Shown here: positions 57,615-64,000 of the stretch, in pieces
Layout of the letters: the number at the start of each line of letters is the position of its first letter
How positions within the stretch are numbered: position 1 is the first letter of the stretch
Source of the DNA: Candidatus Poribacteria bacterium
GTDB lineage: Bacteria > Poribacteria > WGA-4E > PCPOR2b
DNA: 64,000 nucleotides
Direction: 5' to 3'
NCBI GenBank assembly: GCA_965208675.1
Contig: OZ242351.1
Span: forward strand, 1,216,001-1,280,000
Program-made: the position numbers and the translations under genes
Notes under the pieces: generated by a model
Seen by the model: the letters and a program-made list of their open reading frames with translations, nothing else
What the model was told of the DNA's origin: nothing
Databases searched by the model: none

Positions 57615-59075
57615 TTGGCATTAAGAATTTATAACTCTCTCACGAGACGGTTGGAAGAATTTACCCCATTGCAAGAGGGAAAGGTGCGGATGTATACCTG
57701 CGGTCCTACCGTCTACGATTACTTTCACATCGGTAACGCTCGCACATTCCTCGTTTCTGACGTTGTGCGCCGCTATCTCGAATTTCAGGGCTACCAAGTC
57801 AAACTAGTTCAGAACATCACCGACATTGACGATAAAATTATCAATCGCGCAAACAAATCTGGAATTGATGCGAAACAGCTTTCCCAGAAATATGCCGCTG
57901 CGTATTTTGAAGATTCGCAGCGCCTTGGGATTCGTCCTGCAGATGTTCATCCTCGAGCAACCGATCATGTGCCCGAAATTCTTGAATTGCTTCAGACGTT
58001 GATTGACAAAGGTGCGGCGTATGAACGCAGCGGAGATTTGTATTACCGCATCAACCGTTTCCCAAACTACGGCAAACTTTCAAACCGCGATGTTAACGAC
58101 GTGCGCGCCGGTGCCAGAGTCGCGGTGAACGAACAAAAAGAAGATCCGCGCGATTTCGATCTCTGGAAGACGGCTAAACCCGGTGAACCGTCGTGGGAAA
58201 GCCCCTGGGGACGGGGACGGCCGGGATGGCATATCGAGTGCTCGGCAATGGCAATGAAGCATCTCGGTGAAACATTAGACATTCACGCCGGAGGGCAAGA
58301 CCTCCAATTTCCCCATCACGAAAATGAGATTGCCCAGAGCGAATTGGCTACGGGAAAGCCGTTTGCCCGGTATTGGATGCATGTCGCATTCTTGCGAACC
58401 GGAGGAAGGAGAATGGGAAAGTCCGAGCAGAATTTTATCCTAGTGCGCGACGCCCTTCAAGATTACGCTCCCGAAGCAATCCGCCATTTCTTAATCTCTG
58501 CTCAATACCGCCATCCACTTGATTTCAATGACACCAGCTTAAAGGAATCGAGCAGCGCCATCCGGCGGTTGGACAACTGTCTGCGGGAGTTACGGCAATA
58601 CCAAGACTACCACGGGGATAAATCTCTTGATGGAGATGAACGCAGCCACGATGAAACCGCTTTGATTGAATCCGTCGATACTATGTGTCATGAATTTAAA
58701 GTCGCAATGGATGATGATTTTAACACTGCCGGAGCAATAGGCGCGATTTTCAAATTCGTCGGAGACGTCAACCCCTTTCTAGCAGCAAAAGAGCCCCACC
58801 CATCGTATCTGATGAACACGGTGCTTGGAAACGCCTACCGTAAGCTCGCCGAATTGTGCGGTGTGTTGGGATTAAATGTCCAGAAATCCGCTGCCCGCGG
58901 CGACCATCCCGGGTTGGTTGGCCACTTGATGGATCTCATTTTGGAGGTGCGTCAAGAGGCACGGATGCGTAAAGATTGGGAAGTATCGGATAAAATCCGC
59001 GACCGGTTAAAGCAATTGAATATTGAGCTGAAGGACTCTCGATTGGGAACTACCTGGCAACAAAACGATGCATGA
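57615..59075 (+). CDS. cysS: Cysteine--tRNA ligase
   Basis: CGPTVYD..HIGNAR, GRPGWHIECSAM, FPHHENE, RMGKS (KMSKS-equivalent) and DDFNT. Confidence 0.97.
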   Translation: MALRIYNSLTRRLEEFTPLQEGKVRMYTCGPTVYDYFHIGNARTFLVSDVVRRYLEFQGYQVKLVQNITDIDDKIINRANKSGIDAKQLSQKYAAAYFEDSQRLGIRPADVHPRATDHVPEILELLQTLIDKGAAYERSGDLYYRINRFPNYGKLSNRDVNDVRAGARVAVNEQKEDPRDFDLWKTAKPGEPSWESPWGRGRPGWHIECSAMAMKHLGETLDIHAGGQDLQFPHHENEIAQSELATGKPFARYWMHVAFLRTGGRRMGKSEQNFILVRDALQDYAPEAIRHFLISAQYRHPLDFNDTSLKESSSAIRRLDNCLRELRQYQDYHGDKSLDGDERSHDETALIESVDTMCHEFKVAMDDDFNTAGAIGAIFKFVGDVNPFLAAKEPHPSYLMNTVLGNAYRKLAELCGVLGLNVQKSAARGDHPGLVGHLMDLILEVRQEARMRKDWEVSDKIRDRLKQLNIELKDSRLGTTWQQNDA

Positions 59076-59116
59076 ATTACTAACCCACACCAATTTCACA
59101 AGGAGCGTGATAACAA

Positions 59117-59737
59117 ATGTACCGCTTTATACCCATATTGTTGGTTTGTCTAACTGGCTGCAATATTGCTAGCAAGCTCGTGTCCAAGCAAGAACTCAGC
59201 GAAAATTATGCGCTGATGGAAGGGGTTAGGGCAACAACCCCTGAAATGATAGACGGCAACTTGAGGACAGTCGGAGAAGCTGCATTGCCTGAAGGCGCAG
59301 AAGGTGCTTTCGGTATGTCTCCTGCTACTGAAGCGCTCATTACCCTGCCCGAAAAAAAGGTCATAAGCCGAATGGTAATCCATTCGAAGAACTTGAAGCA
59401 GTTTGACGTATGGGCGGATAAGGGAAACAGCGATTGGGTAGTGCTTAAAGAGGTCAAGGGCACTAAAACAAACCCAATAGTGCTATCAGGGCTACGGGCG
59501 CATTTTCCTACTGACAGAATCCGAATCCGTGTGTTAGGTACAACGGATGACGCCGAACTCCGGCGCCGAGAGAGAGCACGAGGCGGCTTTCAGGCCGTGG
59601 GCTTCGGTTACAGCCGCGCACCGGGTAAGTTTTATGAGATTGAACTCTACGGTTACAGGTCATCGGAGGATGCCGAAATGAAACAGGAAGTAGAAAAGCG
59701 GGAACAGGAACTGGATGACCTATTGGAATTAAAGTAA
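59117..59737 (+). CDS. Lipoprotein, discoidin/galactose-binding-like fold (putative)
   Basis: Lipobox LTGC, SENYAL..MIDGNLRT, TDRIRIRV and EIELYG. Confidence 0.6.
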   Translation: MYRFIPILLVCLTGCNIASKLVSKQELSENYALMEGVRATTPEMIDGNLRTVGEAALPEGAEGAFGMSPATEALITLPEKKVISRMVIHSKNLKQFDVWADKGNSDWVVLKEVKGTKTNPIVLSGLRAHFPTDRIRIRVLGTTDDAELRRRERARGGFQAVGFGYSRAPGKFYEIELYGYRSSEDAEMKQEVEKREQELDDLLELK

Positions 59738-59848
59738 CTCGAAAATTCCACCTCAACTCTCTCTTTATATTACGGTACAATATTTTTAAAATAGATGCTC
59801 TGCTTTTGCAGAAAGCAATCCGCAATAAAACTAGAATAGGAGGACAAC

Positions 59849-60439
59849 ATGCGATACGCCGCGTATACACTGATAATTCTGACAATGGTTTCATGCATCG
59901 GTTGTTTGGCCTCGTCCACCTCATCCATCAGATGGAGCGAGAACATCGCTATCTCAGCAACGGCGGACGATCCGAAGCTGAATGACGGTAACCTCTATAC
60001 AGTTGGCGAAACAAGCCCGATTAGGGATGATCCGAACAACCCGGACTCATACAAAGAAGCTGACGAATACAGCCAGGCTGTAATTCAATGGGGCAGACCC
60101 CAACAGGTCCAACGCATCATTATCATTGCAAGGGAAGGGCAACTGGAGTTTTTCGAAATCCAGTACGAGGACGAAATCGGGAAATGGAAGACTGTCAGAA
60201 GTGTCAGGGATCACTTGAGACCGGAATACAAATATACCAGCAAGGAACCAATCACGACTCGCAAAGTCCGCTTAAAAGTCCCGCGCAGATGGGATTCTCG
60301 CCGAGTGGGGGGTGAGAAACGACGAACGGTAACGGATGGCGGCGCGCCGGTTGTACGAAATCGAAAGATTCAAGAGATTGAAGTCTATTATGCGCTGCCG
60401 CCGGCAGAACCAGTTGTTCCCGAAACATCTGACCAGTGA
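59849..60439 (+). CDS. Lipoprotein paralogous to the upstream gene
   Basis: Lipobox CIGC, SENIAI..LNDGNLYTVGE, TRKVRLKV and EIEVYY. Confidence 0.6.
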   Translation: MRYAAYTLIILTMVSCIGCLASSTSSIRWSENIAISATADDPKLNDGNLYTVGETSPIRDDPNNPDSYKEADEYSQAVIQWGRPQQVQRIIIIAREGQLEFFEIQYEDEIGKWKTVRSVRDHLRPEYKYTSKEPITTRKVRLKVPRRWDSRRVGGEKRRTVTDGGAPVVRNRKIQEIEVYYALPPAEPVVPETSDQ

Positions 60440-60448
60440 GAACCGTAG

Positions 60449-61648
60449 ATGATGTTATCTGATGAAGTGAAGAACTTGATTCATCTCAACATCATCCCCG
60501 GTGTTGGGAGTCAATCAATTCGATGTCTGATGGCGGCGTTTGGATCCGCGGAGAGGGCTTTAACGGCAACATCGGAGGAATTGGTTCAGATAGAGGGGCT
60601 TACGCGTAATGCGCGCCAACGACTAGTCAACGGCAGGTCGCACGTCTCTTTGAATCGGGAACTTGAACTCATTCAATCCCATCAGTGTCACATCGTTACA
60701 TACGAGGATGAAGCTTATCCACCCCTTCTCAAACAGATTAGCGACCCGCCGCTGGTACTTTATGTCAAACGGCGGATGCCTCCGCAAGACGCACTGAGCA
60801 TAGCAATTGTGGGGTCGCGGAGTCCAACACATTATGGCAAAACCACCTGTCAGCAACTTAGCCGGCAGCTTGCAGCGCGGGGAGTCACCATTGTCAGCGG
60901 GTTTGCGCGAGGCATAGATACCGTTGCGCACCGCGGCGCACTAGAAGCGGGCGGCCGTACAATTGCTGTCATGGGAAATGGGTTGCATCATGTATACCCG
61001 GAGGAAAATCGGCATCTCGCTGATGAAATTCTTGAATCGGGCGGCGCACTTATTTCTGAATTCCCGATGACCGTGCCGCCAATGGGAACAAACTTCCCGC
61101 TTCGAAATCGCGTTATCAGCGGCTTGACGTCCGGAACTCTCGTTGTCGAAGCCTCTGAACGCAGCGGTTCTCTGATTACCGCCCGGCTTGCCGCCGAACA
61201 AGGGCGCGAAGTATTCGCCGTGCCAGGACAAATCTTTTCAAAACTCTCTCAAGGCACGCACAAACTTATCAATCAAGGAGCCACCCTCATACACTCCGTT
61301 GACGACCTCTTTGATGAACTGCCTCAGACCTTTACAGGATTGGCAGCCCCATCATCCGCGGCCTCTCAGCCCCATGAGCAACATCCGCTCCCCGATTCAA
61401 CAATCAGCCATTCCCGCCAATTGACGCTAGATAATTTGCCGCAGGCGGAGGACAAGCCTGCGCCGTCTGTACAACTGACACCGGATGAAGACGTAGTTCT
61501 CTCGGTGATAGATGCGTCCACCTCACACATTGATCAGATTGTCCGAACAGCACAGCTCCCCATTAACCGAGTGTCCAGTGTTCTCCTCACCCTTGAACTG
61601 AAAGGTATTGTCGAACAGTTGCCGGGCAAACATTTTGCGAAAAAATAA
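60449..61648 (+). CDS. dprA: DNA-processing protein DprA
   Basis: YP.LLKQI.DPP, AIVGSR, VSGFARGID, FPLRNRVISGL, SGSLITA and a winged-helix C-terminus. Confidence 0.96.
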   Translation: MMLSDEVKNLIHLNIIPGVGSQSIRCLMAAFGSAERALTATSEELVQIEGLTRNARQRLVNGRSHVSLNRELELIQSHQCHIVTYEDEAYPPLLKQISDPPLVLYVKRRMPPQDALSIAIVGSRSPTHYGKTTCQQLSRQLAARGVTIVSGFARGIDTVAHRGALEAGGRTIAVMGNGLHHVYPEENRHLADEILESGGALISEFPMTVPPMGTNFPLRNRVISGLTSGTLVVEASERSGSLITARLAAEQGREVFAVPGQIFSKLSQGTHKLINQGATLIHSVDDLFDELPQTFTGLAAPSSAASQPHEQHPLPDSTISHSRQLTLDNLPQAEDKPAPSVQLTPDEDVVLSVIDASTSHIDQIVRTAQLPINRVSSVLLTLELKGIVEQLPGKHFAKK

Positions 61649-61660
61649 GAGATTGACACT

Positions 61661-62632
61661 ATGCGTTCGAAAAATTTGGACTTTGAAAAACCGCTCATCG
61701 AGTTAGGTCAACACATAGAACAACTGAAATCATTCGCCGAAGAAAATCCGGAATCGAGTATTGCTGAAAACATAAAAGCGCTCGAAGCCGATGCCGATCG
61801 ATTTACCCGGCACACCTTTCAAAAGTTGACCCGGTGGGATAAGGTTTGGCTGGCGCGGCACGAAGAACGTCCGCAAACGCCAATATACATCAATGCGCTC
61901 TTCGATGATCCCATTGAACTCCACGGAGACAAGCTGTTTGACGACGATCAAGCGTTAAATGGCGGTCTGGCTTGGTTCGACGGGCGTCCAATTGTCTACC
62001 TGGCGCATCAGAAGGGAAAGAACCTGAAAGAGCGGCAAGCTGTCAATTTTGGAATGCCGCACCCGGAAGGTTATCGAAAGGCACGGCGGTTGATGAAATT
62101 TGCGGAAAAGTTCAACCGGCCGATAATCAGCTTTGTCGACACGCCCGCGGCGCATTTTGATAGAGACTCGGAAGAGCGTGGACAAGCCATGGCAATTGCC
62201 GAAAATTTGGCAGAGATGTCGCGTTTGCAGGTCCCAATGGTTGTTGTTCTGATTGGCGAAGGAGGCAGCGGCGGCGCGTTAGCCATCGCAATGGGCGATC
62301 GTGTGCTCATGATGGAATACGCCATTTATTGTGTAGCCCCTCCGGAGGCGTGTAGCAGTATCGTGTGGAAGGACGATGGCACACACGCGCCGCAAGCCGC
62401 AGAAGCGCTAAAACCCACAGCTGTGGATCTGCTCGAATTCGGAATCATTGATGGAATAATTCGCGAGCCGCTCGGCGGAGCGCATCGAGATTTTCCGCTG
62501 GCTGCCAAGCGCGTCAAATCTGCAATTCGAAAACACCTGAAAGAATTGATGCAACTCGATCGAGATGTGTTGCTTCAACAGCGAAGTGAACGCTACCGGA
62601 GAATAGGAATCTACGGTGAAGAAAATTTGTGA
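61661..62632 (+). CDS. accA: Acetyl-CoA carboxylase carboxyltransferase alpha subunit
   Basis: LDFEKP, NFGMPHPEGYRKA, EERGQ and GEGGSGGALA. Confidence 0.96.
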   Translation: MRSKNLDFEKPLIELGQHIEQLKSFAEENPESSIAENIKALEADADRFTRHTFQKLTRWDKVWLARHEERPQTPIYINALFDDPIELHGDKLFDDDQALNGGLAWFDGRPIVYLAHQKGKNLKERQAVNFGMPHPEGYRKARRLMKFAEKFNRPIISFVDTPAAHFDRDSEERGQAMAIAENLAEMSRLQVPMVVVLIGEGGSGGALAIAMGDRVLMMEYAIYCVAPPEACSSIVWKDDGTHAPQAAEALKPTAVDLLEFGIIDGIIREPLGGAHRDFPLAAKRVKSAIRKHLKELMQLDRDVLLQQRSERYRRIGIYGEENL

Positions 62633-62655
62633 ATGGTGAATAAGGCGGGTGTCAA

Positions 62656-64000
62656 GTGTCGCGCTTAAGGACGGCCTATCAATCGTTAATTGTCTCCCTA
62701 CTAATTCATGCGCTAATCGCCTTCGTCTTGGGGGTGTTCTTGATAACTCGGACGCGCGCGTTTCGCGATCTCATTGACGCCAGCATTCTACAACCCGCCG
62801 AACCTCCCAAGCCGATGATCCGCAAGCCGATACTTAAACCAGCGGTAAAGCCTATTGTTCCCGTTCAATCAATAATAGTTGTCGACCAAATTCAAACTAC
62901 ACCACGCGTCACAACATCGGTAAGCCATGAAAGCCACCGCGTTACCGCCGAACAAACGGTTGCATTTTCGAATCGCCGCTTAAAGCTGAATTTAACGGCA
63001 ACTCCACAAACACCAAGCGTTGTAAACTCCAATCAACCGACTTCCCATGTAATCACCCACGTGAACCTCCCCATCGCCGACTCGCAGGGTGCGTCGGCTT
63101 TTTCCCCATCTGTTTCGCCGGGAGGCGGTAGCGCAAACCGGTTTAGCCGACGCGGGATTCATTCTGCACATCACGGCATTCCAATCGGACAGAATTCTCG
63201 CCGCATGGCATCCGGTATAAAATCCATAGTCAATGCTACTGGAGCCGAACCGTCCGCACTAAATGCTTTAAACCGCGAGATTCAATTGGGAAATCAACTC
63301 ATGGTGCCACTTAAGGCGAACGAATTAGGTGCTCGAATTTACACCGACCCCCACACTGGTATGCCTACCGGCTATTTCCATATCTGCTACGTCCGTTTTC
63401 GTCAGCGTGGCATGAATGAATTTTTTGAAGTTGACCCGACCGCACTTTACTTTTTGGTGAGATGGATGACGCAAAGCACACACATCAAAGGTCGAATCGC
63501 CGGTCGAACGCTTTTTCTTGATGACCCCGGAATTCATGAATCGCCTATGCTCTATATGAATGGCACCCGTGCAGCTCGCCTACTGCCTGCGGAAAAATGG
63601 AACCTCAGACGTTATATCGTTGAGAAAGGCGGCTTCATCTTTGTTGACGACGATATGGGGCAAGGTAGCGCATCCGTACGGGCATTTGCGCGTTCATTGC
63701 GCGCCCAATTTCGAGAGATTATCCTCGGCGCTGGTGGTAGAGAACTCATGAAGATTCCAAACGATCATCCAATCTGGAATGAACCGTTTAAGCTCGGCGG
63801 GCAACCTGCAAGTCCCAATCCTTACAGCCGGCCGACCCTTCCGATGACCGCGTTTGAACTGAATGGACGCCTCTCCGTTGTCATCAGTTATGACGATTAT
63901 AACAACGGATGGGAAGCTCCCGGCAGGGGTATGGGCGGGATTGATTTTGTGCCCTCAATCTTACGCATGGGTGCAAATTTTATGTTCTATGCTGGAACAC
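62656..64000 (+). CDS. DUF4159 domain protein with N-terminal membrane anchor, 3'-truncated by the window edge (absent from the ORF track)
   Basis: GTG 62656 starts MSRLRTAYQSLIVSLLIHALIAFVLGVFLI, followed by a Pro-rich linker and DPTAL, ESPMLYMNG, NLRRYIVEKGGFIFVDD and DHPIW. No stop was seen before 64000. Confidence 0.8.
   Translation, partial: MSRLRTAYQSLIVSLLIHALIAFVLGVFLITRTRAFRDLIDASILQPAEPPKPMIRKPILKPAVKPIVPVQSIIVVDQIQTTPRVTTSVSHESHRVTAEQTVAFSNRRLKLNLTATPQTPSVVNSNQPTSHVITHVNLPIADSQGASAFSPSVSPGGGSANRFSRRGIHSAHHGIPIGQNSRRMASGIKSIVNATGAEPSALNALNREIQLGNQLMVPLKANELGARIYTDPHTGMPTGYFHICYVRFRQRGMNEFFEVDPTALYFLVRWMTQSTHIKGRIAGRTLFLDDPGIHESPMLYMNGTRAARLLPAEKWNLRRYIVEKGGFIFVDDDMGQGSASVRAFARSLRAQFREIILGAGGRELMKIPNDHPIWNEPFKLGGQPASPNPYSRPTLPMTAFELNGRLSVVISYDDYNNGWEAPGRGMGGIDFVPSILRMGANFMFYAGT

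Noticed and set aside
45184-61648. A competence island (comM, ssb, radA, dprA)
   Set aside because: The genes are dispersed in their usual housekeeping contexts, and no comEA/comEC or pilus genes are in the window.

Overview
A 64 kb bacterial chromosomal window (genetic code 11, diderm) of mostly housekeeping genes: coaBC, topA, accD, accA, rpiA, pheA, queG, three tRNAs, rpsF-ssb-rpsR-rplI-dnaB, mlaEFD, radA-PIN/TRAM-ispDF-cysS and dprA. Interspersed accessory genes (a very long WD40 protein with an LPxxAKxRLGKG motif, PhyH, Gfo/Idh/MocA, DUF4159) suggest Candidatus Poribacteria; this assignment is inferred. No integrase, transposase, prophage or CRISPR array was seen. Four observations stand out. 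(1) An 84-aa DUF5069-like gene (36037-36291), missing from the ORF track, has an in-frame TGA at the family's Cys position followed by a SECIS-like hairpin, making it a candidate selenoprotein. (2) A compact terpenoid cluster (LOG, Zn-dehydrogenase, atypical UbiA prenyltransferase, shortened DxDD class II cyclase, GT2, convergent O-methyltransferase) has no squalene genes beside it and may make a meroterpenoid or terpenyl-purine. (3) The gene pairs accD-topA and dprA-accA are reciprocally swapped, which one ~48 kb inversion with junction microhomology would explain. (4) A CAAX/CPBP protease carries an exact RanBP2-type zinc-finger motif. All family calls come from reading motifs by eye; no searches were run.
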